NCBI GenBank assembly: GCA_011364985.1
Contig: RDOC01000001.1
Location: 288,001 to 352,000 of the forward strand
Source of the DNA: Candidatus Thorarchaeota archaeon
GTDB lineage: Archaea > Asgardarchaeota > Thorarchaeia > Thorarchaeales > Thorarchaeaceae
DNA: 64,000 nt
Direction of reading: 5' to 3'
The notes beneath the pieces are model-generated. The model was not told the DNA's origin. It searched no databases and was given only the letters and a program-made list of their open reading frames with translations. Of the stretch, positions 29,363 to 38,716 are shown piece by piece; within the stretch, counting starts at the first letter, position 1; each line of letters opens with the position of its first letter. Position numbers and translations under genes: made by a program.

Positions 29363-31492
29363 CTAGTAGACATCCTCCAAGTTTGTTTTCCAGCTTGGAA
29401 GTATTCGTTCAAGCATGAAGATAGACACAAGACTGGGGACAGCCAGAAGAACGCCGAGAACAATGGTGGCCGGAGTAAACTTGTAGACCTCAGTCGTATA
29501 GATGAAATCTATCAGAACGGATAGATAATGCTCCTGAATATTGTCGATTACAAGAATGAATTTCGTTAATTCCACCGGATGGACTGCCATCCCAGTTCCT
29601 TGGAAGCTAAATCGCCATAGAACGTAAGTGATGTTCTTTGGAGAGAACTGCCATTCAGCGATGACAGCATCGGATATAATCTGACCCGTTTCGTTTATGC
29701 CTTGGAAATAGAGTTCCACATCAGCATATCGGCCGAATGTCGGATCCCAATCTGATGAAATAAGAAGAACAATCTCTGTATCGATAGTGACATCTATGGT
29801 TACATCTCGAGAATAGATCGCTCTTATTCTACTCAGCTGTTCTAGCGATGTGTCTTCAGTCGCACTAACAGAGAACGCACCGATTCCGTTCTTAGATTCT
29901 ATCTGGGCAGATACTTGACTTCCATTAAGCCCGCTGTCTGTGAAGTCCAGATAAGCATCCCAAGCATCGACGTCAATGAATTCATCATTCCAAGTACGAT
30001 TCTCTTCATATCCAAGAGAGAGGAAATTGTCATGTGTGTAGCTTGGATAGAGTAATAACATGCAGGCAAGAATAAGGCAGACAACTCTTCTATCATCAAG
30101 GAAGAGCAGTGGTATAAGAGGCCACAGAAGATACCATCCATAGAACACCTGCTTTGAGAGAGTAATGAGAAGTAGCATTGTCACGGACGCAACCAAACCA
30201 AGGGATGCAATGGACACCTTTCGGTCGGATGCAAAGCGCCATCGTTTCCAGGCAGTGATCATGAGCAGGAGAGCAATGGACGAGGCGGCTACGCCACGGG
30301 AGAGGGCAATGTTTGTAGGATATCTCCAGAATACTCCAAGTGCTGGCGGAATGAAGGGATAGACAATGGCAAGAAAAGACATGAACACGAAGAGAAAGCC
30401 GATGCAGAAAGTGAGGACGTTATAGGTTAGCGTCGTAGGCAAAGATACAGCTCCGGTCGAACGACCGATAAAGAAGCCGAGCAGCAAAAGCACTGCAATT
30501 CCAATCATCGAGATAGTGACTAAATGGATAGGACCAAGCTCGAAGATGAATCCAATCATGGCATCAAAGAAACCAGTCTGCAAACCCGGCATAGCAGTTC
30601 CTGGAAAAAGAAGATCGCCTCGCAGCCATACTGGAATTGAGAATGGGATGAATGTCAAAAAGAATATAGCTGTCGTACCAAGCATGAACTCGACCTTCTT
30701 CCGATTGCCCGCTATGGATAGAAGAAGTATAGGAAGAATGAATACGGGATAGATTTTCGTAGCAATGCTTAGCCCAAATGGTATTGTTCCGAGAAGTGCA
30801 CGATTTTCAAACAAGCAACACAAAGCAATCAAAAGGAACAGGTTGGCCAGAGGTTCAAAATGCCCGTTCAGTCCGGATTCTATCACCGAAAAAGGCAGAA
30901 AGGCGTAGAAGAAAGGAGCAATCTGCAGTGTGTGATTTGCAGGATGGCTCTGCTTCATCCACCAGAGAGTTGTAACGATTAAGACATCAAGCGCTATTGC
31001 TAGTATTCTATACGAGTCAACAGTGGGAGCTATAAGCATGATTCCGTAGATGAAATACCCGAAAACGGGGGGGTATGGAAAATAGAAGTCCGCATAAGGC
31101 ATATCACCCCAAGACATGAAATCCCCAAAGTCCAGATACCAGAGGGCATCAAGCGAAATGAGTACTTCCGAACCGAGGAACACAGTTCGAGGTATCACTG
31201 TGAGTACTATCAATATCACTAGGGATTTTCGCGACCATAGAATTACTCCGTGTAGGGAGCTGTCCTTCTCTAGCAGATAAAGAATCAGGCCCATCGTTAG
31301 AATATACAGGGCAGCCCAGACAAAGATTACTATGAAGAAAGGCATCATGGAGTCGCATACAATGCGCATAGATATCGAAGGTATGAGATTCAGTGCGAGA
31401 AGCAAAAGGAGAATTGAAACACCTCTTAGGTCAGAAGGAGAACCTCTAATTGAATTGTCGATCTCAGGCTTAAAGACATCTTCTATCTCCAA
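29363..31492 (-). CDS. GT87 / PIG-M-like GT-C polyprenol-P-mannose-dependent mannosyltransferase with C-terminal extracellular domain and TM anchor
   Basis: 'LDALWY..G..PYADFYFPYPP', 'GHFEPL', 'KIYPVFILP', 'KQVFYGWYLLWPL'. Confidence 0.7.
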   Translation of the reverse strand: MEIEDVFKPEIDNSIRGSPSDLRGVSILLLLLALNLIPSISMRIVCDSMMPFFIVIFVWAALYILTMGLILYLLEKDSSLHGVILWSRKSLVILIVLTVIPRTVFLGSEVLISLDALWYLDFGDFMSWGDMPYADFYFPYPPVFGYFIYGIMLIAPTVDSYRILAIALDVLIVTTLWWMKQSHPANHTLQIAPFFYAFLPFSVIESGLNGHFEPLANLFLLIALCCLFENRALLGTIPFGLSIATKIYPVFILPILLLSIAGNRKKVEFMLGTTAIFFLTFIPFSIPVWLRGDLLFPGTAMPGLQTGFFDAMIGFIFELGPIHLVTISMIGIAVLLLLGFFIGRSTGAVSLPTTLTYNVLTFCIGFLFVFMSFLAIVYPFIPPALGVFWRYPTNIALSRGVAASSIALLLMITAWKRWRFASDRKVSIASLGLVASVTMLLLITLSKQVFYGWYLLWPLIPLLFLDDRRVVCLILACMLLLYPSYTHDNFLSLGYEENRTWNDEFIDVDAWDAYLDFTDSGLNGSQVSAQIESKNGIGAFSVSATEDTSLEQLSRIRAIYSRDVTIDVTIDTEIVLLISSDWDPTFGRYADVELYFQGINETGQIISDAVIAEWQFSPKNITYVLWRFSFQGTGMAVHPVELTKFILVIDNIQEHYLSVLIDFIYTTEVYKFTPATIVLGVLLAVPSLVSIFMLERILPSWKTNLEDVY

Positions 31493-31630
31493 GAGACTCG
31501 CCTCATTGTTGTTAGGATATGAACACGTTCAAGATAGCAAATTATCTGCTTTTCGCAAAATGTATACATATCAGTCTATTGTAGAAAGCCTCGGGCATTG
31601 TCCTAAAAGGTAATGGTGCTTCATCTATGG

Positions 31631-32329
31631 TCAAGCGCTCTTCCAATTCAACAGTCCTGAGAGGAAAGCTCTTCCCACCATTGCCAGATAGAATAGCATG
31701 AGCTGAATACTCATCTTACTCTCTCCACGCCTTCGATTCTCAAAGTTGATTGGAATCTCTGCATAGCGAAGAGAGCAATTTCCAATGATTACCTCCAGAA
31801 CAAACTTAGAACCAGGATTCTTAATGCTCTCAATGAGAATGTCACTCGATCTCACTGCCACAAAACCACTCATCGGGTCTTTGACTGGCATTCTGAACAG
31901 CGCTTTTGCAATTGCAGTTGCACCTTTACTCATGACAACTCGATAAGCTGGCCAGCCTTTCACACCACCGCCAAGAATGTACCTTGATCCGATTACAACA
32001 TCATAGCCCTCGTCGAGCTTTTCGAACAAGAGTGGGAGGTATTTTGGATGGTGAGAGAAATCAGCATCCATCACTGCAACATGGCCCTTGTTTGCCCTAA
32101 CTGCGCCTTGCTGCACTGCGCTCGAAATCCCTAATTTGTGGCCTCTTTCCAGCAGATGAACATCATACTGCTCACTTAGTCGTTCTACAACATCAATAGT
32201 GCCATCAGTACTATTATCATCAACAACAAGAACAGAGGTATTATCTTCTCCAATGTAGCGAAAAATCAAGGGTATGAGGCGTCCAACATTTGCCGCTTCG
32301 TTTACTGTTGGGATAATGATAGTTCTCAT
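31631..32329 (-). CDS. Dolichol/polyprenol-phosphate mannosyltransferase (DPM1-like GT2)
   Basis: IIPTVNEAAN, VDDNSTDGT, MDADFSHHP, GSRYILGG, DPMSGF, RRRGESKM. Confidence 0.9.
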   Translation of the reverse strand: MRTIIIPTVNEAANVGRLIPLIFRYIGEDNTSVLVVDDNSTDGTIDVVERLSEQYDVHLLERGHKLGISSAVQQGAVRANKGHVAVMDADFSHHPKYLPLLFEKLDEGYDVVIGSRYILGGGVKGWPAYRVVMSKGATAIAKALFRMPVKDPMSGFVAVRSSDILIESIKNPGSKFVLEVIIGNCSLRYAEIPINFENRRRGESKMSIQLMLFYLAMVGRAFLSGLLNWKSA

Positions 32330-32430
32330 AGGGATAGTAGCACCGCAGTTGACTTTCCCATGCTCATAGGCAACTCCACCAATGGAAACCTTTGCATTAA
32401 GAAGGTTCCGAGTATGTTAAGCAGAAAGGA

Positions 32431-33294
32431 TCAATGTCCAGAAGCGAATTCCAGAGCGGCTTGGGCGGCTTCGATTCCTTTCAAATCATTAACAGGAATC
32501 CAAGTTTCTGAAGGAATGTTGATAGCAAAGAGCTTCTTTTCCTTAGCTAGAGTCGGGCATACAACTGCTTCAAAGGATGACTCTCGTTCCAATGATACGA
32601 GACGACGGAAGTACTCATATGAATCTGGATGAAAGATTGTAATGCCCGTATGAGCTGGAATAGCTATGGGAGGATACTTTGTCACATCCAGAACACGACC
32701 ATCACGAATTATCATACCCGAGTATTGCAAAGGAGTTTCGGGAACCACCACGAATGTGCAGACACAGCCATTCTTTACTCCCTTCAAATGGCCCTCAAGA
32801 AAGACCTCACCATAAGGCCGACCCATTCCTACTATCATGTCATCAGGATTATGCACAATCGCAGTAAATGAATCATCTAAGGCGCCATTGTTCAGAGCGT
32901 GAAGTATAGCTCCCGCATTGCCGACTTTTCTTCCGTCAGGATCGCGGGAGTGCCTGATTCTTACACCCCATCTTGACCCATCCCCAAGATGTGCTTCAAC
33001 CATCTCAGCAAGAAAGCCTGTGAGAACCACAAAATCCTTGATACCAATTGAGGCGTAGTCAGAGATTGTTCTCTCAATCATGCTTTGCTTTCCATCAATA
33101 CTGATCATCACCTTGTTAATGCCATCACTGTGTGTTTCGGCACGTATACGAGTACCTTTTCCACCAGCAGGCAGTACAACAACGGTCTTCATTTTGGCAT
33201 TCTCAATCTCTGTCTGAGAAACCTTGGTGGTTTTGTCCTCGGTGTTTACTCTTGAACGAATTTCAGCCATAATGGATTCTAGGGTATCGGACAT
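32431..33294 (-). CDS. Sugar-phosphate nucleotidyltransferase (NTP_transferase family)
   Basis: VVLPAGGKGTRIR, NKVMI, HLGDGSRWGVRI, VGNAGAI. Confidence 0.82.
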   Translation of the reverse strand: MSDTLESIMAEIRSRVNTEDKTTKVSQTEIENAKMKTVVVLPAGGKGTRIRAETHSDGINKVMISIDGKQSMIERTISDYASIGIKDFVVLTGFLAEMVEAHLGDGSRWGVRIRHSRDPDGRKVGNAGAILHALNNGALDDSFTAIVHNPDDMIVGMGRPYGEVFLEGHLKGVKNGCVCTFVVVPETPLQYSGMIIRDGRVLDVTKYPPIAIPAHTGITIFHPDSYEYFRRLVSLERESSFEAVVCPTLAKEKKLFAINIPSETWIPVNDLKGIEAAQAALEFASGH

Positions 33295-33352
33295 TGGTAA
33301 TCATGTTTCCAATTCGAAGAAGACAGAAAAGAGTTACGAAAACAAGATTGCA

Positions 33353-33586
33353 TCATTGTTCCATCGTTCGTGCTATTTCAGCCATTTCTTCAAAGAGTGC
33401 AAGAGTTTTCTTGGCTTCTTCAGGCTTCATTTTTTCGATTGCATATCCAGTATGAACAATCACATACTCTCCCACTTTCAACTCCGGAAGCAACGTCACA
33501 CAGACCTTTTTCCGGACTCCGCCAAAATCGACTTCCGCGAAGTCTCCGTTGACTACTTCAACAAGACCTGGCACCGCAAGACACAT
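33353..33586 (-). CDS. hypC: [NiFe]-hydrogenase maturation chaperone HypC
   Basis: MCLAVPG...VDFGGV...VGEYVIVHTGYAI...EEA; the start is the Met before the conserved Cys2. Confidence 0.95.
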   Translation of the reverse strand: MCLAVPGLVEVVNGDFAEVDFGGVRKKVCVTLLPELKVGEYVIVHTGYAIEKMKPEEAKKTLALFEEMAEIARTMEQ

Positions 33587-33763
33587 GATTGTCCACATTG
33601 AGTGGGAGTAGTCTGTTCTTTATAATCTTATGACATAACCAAGTACAAACAATGATTTGACATAGCAAAAGTTAACAATGTGAGAGAGAATATTATACGG
33701 GGAGGCAAGACTAGGTTAGCGAGTCAGCCATACCCTCTATTGGGCTGGTTGGAGGAGTTTCGA

Positions 33764-34327
33764 ATGAACAGGGCCGCTGTGTTTATCGATATTGGGTATC
33801 TTGGAAAGGTTCTGAAATACTGCTTCGGTGAACCACGCATAGACTTTGAGAGGTTCTCGGACCTTCTCTGCGAAGACCGTGAACGACTAAGAACCTACGT
33901 CTATGACTGTACGCCCTTTCAGGATGATCCGCCAACAGAAGAGGAGATGCGAAGAGCAGCAAACCATGAACGATTCGTAAATAGCCTTGCGAGACTTAAT
34001 AGATTTGAAATTCGGCTTGGGAGAACTGCAAGGAACCTGCAAACAGGAGAGTTCTATCAGAAGCGAATTGAGGTACTGTTGACTGTGGACTTAATGCGAA
34101 TGGCTTGGAGTCGTCAGATAGAAACTGCCATACTTGTTACTGGAGAGAATGATTATGTTCCTGCAATTGAGTCTGCCAAGGACGCAGGACTTCTCATCGT
34201 TATTTGGTACAGGGACTGCTTCGATCCCCAAGGAAGACCAATGACAAGAACTAGTGATGAGATACTTGGCATCTGTGACGAATGCGTTCCAATTGGTGAG
34301 GAACACATTGCCAAGTCTAAGTTTTAG
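33764..34327 (+). CDS. NYN/LabA-family (PIN-like) domain protein
   Basis: VFIDIGY, RTYVYD, QKRIEVLLTVD, LVTGENDYVPAIE..KDAG; GGAGG at 33751 precedes ATG 33764. Confidence 0.82.
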   Translation: MNRAAVFIDIGYLGKVLKYCFGEPRIDFERFSDLLCEDRERLRTYVYDCTPFQDDPPTEEEMRRAANHERFVNSLARLNRFEIRLGRTARNLQTGEFYQKRIEVLLTVDLMRMAWSRQIETAILVTGENDYVPAIESAKDAGLLIVIWYRDCFDPQGRPMTRTSDEILGICDECVPIGEEHIAKSKF

Positions 34328-34330
34328 ATG

Positions 34331-35434
34331 TTAGCTGACTGGTGAATAATAGATGCCTAGCTCCTCAGCCTTCGCAAAGGCGTGCCGCATTTCCTCTCTG
34401 TTTACTCCACGAGCAATATCTCTGAATCTGTCCGGTTCTCGGCGTACTCGATGTTCAGGACGATATTGACCCATTATGTTTACCATGCAGTCGGGCATGT
34501 TCTCTGATATCCACTCTAAGATGGGAATAGTGCAACAATCGACATGATTTGGCATAACGAGGTGCCGGACGATCATCTCACTGTATTCGTAGGCATGCAA
34601 ATGATTACGAGAAACAATATTGAAGTAGTCTTTGACGCCCGAGAGTCTAAGTGCACATTCATCATTTCCATACTTGAAATCTGGCAGCCAGACATCGAAG
34701 ATGTCAACCAGAAGATTCATGGTTTCCGCTGAGCAGTAGAGATTCGAATTCCAGAGCTGCGTGACATTCGCGGATTGATACTTCATAGAACCAAGAATTG
34801 TGTGAGTATTCGGAATCGGATCCCCTCCAACATAATTGATGTTCAAAGCCCCCTCTTTGTACAACGCGTCTGACACGGCAGCAAGTTCCTCCTCGCTAAT
34901 AGGATGACCGGAATTGGGATTCGTAGATATGTCTTCGTTCTGGCAAAATACACATCCAAAACAGCATGAAGCAAAGAAGATGGTTCCACTTGGGATGAGA
35001 GGCGCCTCTTCTCCGGTATGAAGAAAGGCAGATGAAACGTGGGATGTTCTACCAAGACGACACCATCCTTTCTCATCTCGCGTTCGATCTACGCCACATC
35101 TGCGTTCGCAGAAGTGACAATGCTGAAGGATCCTATTGGCGATTTCCGTTTTCAAATCAAGAAAGCTGGTTATCGGGCGATGTTCTTCTGTGATTCTTTC
35201 CTTGCCGCTATCCACAGCATCAACATATTCAGTGTGAGCCGCTGAAAGGTCTTGATGCGATTTCCAGAGGGCGTCCAAGGAGTCCTTCAGATCTCCTGTA
35301 AATGCTATATCCTTGGATAGAAGATACTTCGCCCATCGTTCTTGGTCTATAATCCCGCGATATCTTCTTAGTCTACGCACTGTTTCAGTATCTTTCCAGA
35401 CTCTAACAGCATCGGGTCTAAATGTGCGCCACAT
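34331..35434 (-). CDS. Radical SAM protein, PflX-like
   Basis: CHFCERRCGVDR, GEEAPLIPSGTIFF, CCFGCVFCQN, DFKYGND, RHLVMPNH, NIMGQYRP. Confidence 0.9.
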   Translation of the reverse strand: MWRTFRPDAVRVWKDTETVRRLRRYRGIIDQERWAKYLLSKDIAFTGDLKDSLDALWKSHQDLSAAHTEYVDAVDSGKERITEEHRPITSFLDLKTEIANRILQHCHFCERRCGVDRTRDEKGWCRLGRTSHVSSAFLHTGEEAPLIPSGTIFFASCCFGCVFCQNEDISTNPNSGHPISEEELAAVSDALYKEGALNINYVGGDPIPNTHTILGSMKYQSANVTQLWNSNLYCSAETMNLLVDIFDVWLPDFKYGNDECALRLSGVKDYFNIVSRNHLHAYEYSEMIVRHLVMPNHVDCCTIPILEWISENMPDCMVNIMGQYRPEHRVRREPDRFRDIARGVNREEMRHAFAKAEELGIYYSPVS

Positions 35435-35487
35435 GACTCAAATTGGGAAGCTGCATCATATGATAAAAGGGCTACGAAGATTGTGTT

Positions 35488-36486
35488 TCATATTAAGCTT
35501 GCACGTAGTCCTTCTGCACTGAGTTGACTTACAAAGCGAATCGATTGAACAAGAACCTGAATGCGTCTTCCAAGTGCTTTTGGAGTGAGGTTATTCCGAC
35601 TCTGAATTAGGTCCATACTGGCCAAGAGATCAGTCTGTATAGGGGGCTCAGTGATGAAGAGTGATCTGCCACCTAGAAGACTTTTCGTGAAATGCCAGTG
35701 TTTGTACTTCTTTGCCTTGTCTGCCACCTTGTCGGGGTAGCTAAAGTCATCCAAGCTAGTCCAATTCAGCCCCACGACAACATCGGCATTTATGGAAGGA
35801 ATACTGAATTCAGTTGCTTCAACAAGGCTGCCATTATTCTCCTCAGCCAGCTGCTCAGCATTCCTGATAATACGCCGCATTAAAGAGAATTCTGGGGGTG
35901 ACGCAACCACCATTTCTGCACCCAATTTGGCACCTAGTGTGAGAAGGCTGTGAGCTAGATTCTGATGCGTGAAGCGAGATCCATATCCCCAAGAGATTGC
36001 AATCCTCCGCCCTTCAATATTCCCTAGCTCGCCCCAGATTGTTGAGAGTAAGCCAAGTGCTGGTTGAGGCGCATAGATGTCATCCATCATACTGACCAAG
36101 GGTACTTGAATTGTATTGGATAGTGTTTCTGAGAGAGAGCGCCCATATCCAAAGGTCTCCTCATCGATAAAGCCTGTCACGAGAGTGTCAATATATGGGC
36201 TCACCATCTGGGCCTTGGCAACTATGTCTTCAGTTGACATGGTGAAAACAGAATCTAAGCTGAATCCAACATGCCTATAGCCAAATCGAGCACCGGCAAG
36301 ATTCAGAATCTCTAGTTCGCCTGCTGGAATTCCTCGAAGTAATGAACCAATGACAAACGGTCTTGCGTCTTGGTCCAAGGTTCCTTTGGAACGATCCAGT
36401 CTAAGAGACGATTCAATTATATTTTCGAGTTCCTTTCGCGAGAGGCTGTCCACAAATGACCCTCCTTGGAATCGATTACTATGCAA
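35488..36486 (-). CDS. Transcarbamylase-fold protein (YgeW/OTCase-like) with degenerate active site
   Basis: 'VPLVSMMDDIYAPQPAL', 'IEGRRIAISWGY', 'VVASPPEF', 'ADVV..NW' match the fold; the STRT, HPxQ and HCLP motifs are absent. Confidence 0.7.
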   Translation of the reverse strand: MHSNRFQGGSFVDSLSRKELENIIESSLRLDRSKGTLDQDARPFVIGSLLRGIPAGELEILNLAGARFGYRHVGFSLDSVFTMSTEDIVAKAQMVSPYIDTLVTGFIDEETFGYGRSLSETLSNTIQVPLVSMMDDIYAPQPALGLLSTIWGELGNIEGRRIAISWGYGSRFTHQNLAHSLLTLGAKLGAEMVVASPPEFSLMRRIIRNAEQLAEENNGSLVEATEFSIPSINADVVVGLNWTSLDDFSYPDKVADKAKKYKHWHFTKSLLGGRSLFITEPPIQTDLLASMDLIQSRNNLTPKALGRRIQVLVQSIRFVSQLSAEGLRASLI

Positions 36487-36563
36487 TAGTACAATCGCAG
36501 ATGCTAGGCAATGCTTAAGACCATATTGAATGCTTCAGGCATTAACAGCAGGAGGTACAAGTA

Positions 36564-37865
36564 CTGACCGCCTATGCGAAGCTCCTGAAGAGGATTCGAG
36601 ACAAGACAGCTGTTATTGGTGTCATAGGCCTTGGGTATATTGGCCTGCCAACAGCTCTATTCTATAGACGAGCAGGCTTTACGATTTATGGAATTGATAC
36701 CAACAAGGAGCTAGTTGACGAATTGAAAGAAGGCAAGATTCGCATGAAAGAGGAGGGGCTTGAGAAGATTGCAGAGAAGTATCTCTCGGAGATAAAAGTA
36801 GGGACTTCCTACGAGGGAATTAGCGAAATCGATGTCTTTGTTTTATGTCTACCAAGCCCGATAGATGAGGAGGGGAAGCCCGTCGTTCGATACTTAGAGA
36901 ATTCGGTGCGAGATATCGCGAATCGGGTAAAGAAGGAATGCTTGTTACTCGTGGAGAGTACGGTCCCAGTCGGGACAACTGAGAAACTGGCAGAGATCTT
37001 TAGGGATGTCAATGGAAAGAAGCTAGATCATGATTTCTGGTTTGCTCACTGTCCGGAACGAGTTCTCCCAGGCAAGGTTGTGGAAGAGATGAATTCCAAT
37101 CATAGACTGGCTGGTGGTGTTACGAATGCATCTACGGAGTTGGCAGTTGCTTTTCTCAACACAGTATTCCATGCGGAGCTTATTCATGCGACAAGGTCTC
37201 GTATATCTGAAACGGCGAAACTTGCGGAGAACGCCTTTAGAGATGCTAACATAGCATATGCGAATGAGCTTGCTAAGTTTTGCACGGTCCTTGAGATCGA
37301 TGTTACGGAAGTCATCCAACTTGCGAACCTTCATCCACGAGTCGATATATTGAATCCAGGGCTGGGTGTAGGCGGCTATTGCCTTCCAAAAGACGGATGG
37401 ATCCTGGTGGAATCGGTACGACCATTTGGTGAAGAAGGAATACTGATTCCGGCTGCTCGTCAGGTAAATGACAGCATGCCGGCACATGTATCCAAAAGGA
37501 TTCGAGAGACAGTTCTAGATATGTCATTGCGTCCAACAATCGGAATTCTCGGACTCAGCTTCAAGCCGGACGTATCTGACACCAGAAATAGCCCTGCGCT
37601 GGACCTGATTAAACTCCTAGGCTTCACTGGAATGGAGGTTGTCGTGTACGACCCCATGGTTTTTGAGAAACATGGAGACAAGAAAGTAGAATCACTGGAG
37701 GAGGTTCTTGCTTCTTGCGATGTACTTGTGCTCGGAGCAGCGCATCAGATTCTGAAGAAGGAACTCCAGAATAAAGATCTTTCTCAGAAGGTCTTTGTTG
37801 ACCCACATGGTACGATGATTGATATTGCAACCCAGGTAAGGAAGTATATTGGTCTCAGTGTCTAG
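36564..37865 (+). CDS. wecC: UDP-N-acetyl-D-mannosamine/glucosamine dehydrogenase (WecC/WbpA family); probable CTG start
   Basis: In-frame VIGVIGLGYIGLP Rossmann motif upstream of the ORF-track start; ESTVPVGTT, HCPERVLPG, KLAENAFRD, GVGGYCLPKD, DTRNSP. Confidence 0.88.
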   Translation: MTAYAKLLKRIRDKTAVIGVIGLGYIGLPTALFYRRAGFTIYGIDTNKELVDELKEGKIRMKEEGLEKIAEKYLSEIKVGTSYEGISEIDVFVLCLPSPIDEEGKPVVRYLENSVRDIANRVKKECLLLVESTVPVGTTEKLAEIFRDVNGKKLDHDFWFAHCPERVLPGKVVEEMNSNHRLAGGVTNASTELAVAFLNTVFHAELIHATRSRISETAKLAENAFRDANIAYANELAKFCTVLEIDVTEVIQLANLHPRVDILNPGLGVGGYCLPKDGWILVESVRPFGEEGILIPAARQVNDSMPAHVSKRIRETVLDMSLRPTIGILGLSFKPDVSDTRNSPALDLIKLLGFTGMEVVVYDPMVFEKHGDKKVESLEEVLASCDVLVLGAAHQILKKELQNKDLSQKVFVDPHGTMIDIATQVRKYIGLSV

Positions 37866-37930
37866 GTCTTGGCAGGAACAGGCGAGTATCCAAATACTTA
37901 ACCGTCATAGTCTATCCGAAGAAAGCTAAG

Positions 37931-38698
37931 ATGAAGAAGCTTTTAGTCACTCTGACCCCTGCCGAAGGCAAACGTCTCATTGCCAAGGGCCTATTAGCAA
38001 CCAAGCAGGTGAAACACGCTTTAAAGAGCGGTTATCTCTGTGTGACTCTTGGAAGTACATCATCCTATCTTGTGGAAGAGATTCTAGGAGAGTATGACAA
38101 GACGAGGCATCTTGCAGGACTTGTTGTTCCTAAAGGCCCTGCAGTCACCGATGGAAAAATGCGAATGACTGATGCAATATTCCATAAGGGTCTACTTCTT
38201 GAAGGGAAGAAGGTTATTGATGTCTTGGATGAGCTTGGGCCTAAGGATGTCATAATTAAGAGCGCAAATGCATTGGGTTCTGACTACATTCCAATTGTAC
38301 TGCTAGCGAGCAATACTGCCGGAACAATAGGAACATTCCTTGGGGCTGCTGCTGCACGAAACATTACTGTTATCATGCCAGTGGGTCTGGAGAAATCCAT
38401 ACCTGCAAGCTATAATGACTTCAACGCGGAGTTCGGAATGAACGATTGGGATTATGCAATAGGAACCCCAGTTGGAGCAATATCTATTCCCAATACGATT
38501 GCCTTTACCGAGATTGAGGCTCTGGATGTGCTATTCGATGTGTTCACCATTCCCATCGCTGCAGGAGGGCTGAATGGTGCAGAAGGTGCTGTCACCTTCT
38601 ATGTAAGCGGCGACGACAAGAACATCAAAGATACCCACGATTTCCTTCTTACAATCAAGGGAGAACCATTATTTCCCCATGTTAAGCATGTCAAGTGA
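37931..38698 (+). CDS. Conserved hypothetical protein
   Basis: 255-aa ORF with conserved-looking motifs (LTPAEGKRLIAKG, IKSANAL, PVGLEK, AAGGLNGAEG); function not assignable. Confidence 0.7.
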   Translation: MKKLLVTLTPAEGKRLIAKGLLATKQVKHALKSGYLCVTLGSTSSYLVEEILGEYDKTRHLAGLVVPKGPAVTDGKMRMTDAIFHKGLLLEGKKVIDVLDELGPKDVIIKSANALGSDYIPIVLLASNTAGTIGTFLGAAAARNITVIMPVGLEKSIPASYNDFNAEFGMNDWDYAIGTPVGAISIPNTIAFTEIEALDVLFDVFTIPIAAGGLNGAEGAVTFYVSGDDKNIKDTHDFLLTIKGEPLFPHVKHVK

Positions 38699-38716
38699 AA
38701 GGAGAGTCTCTCACCA

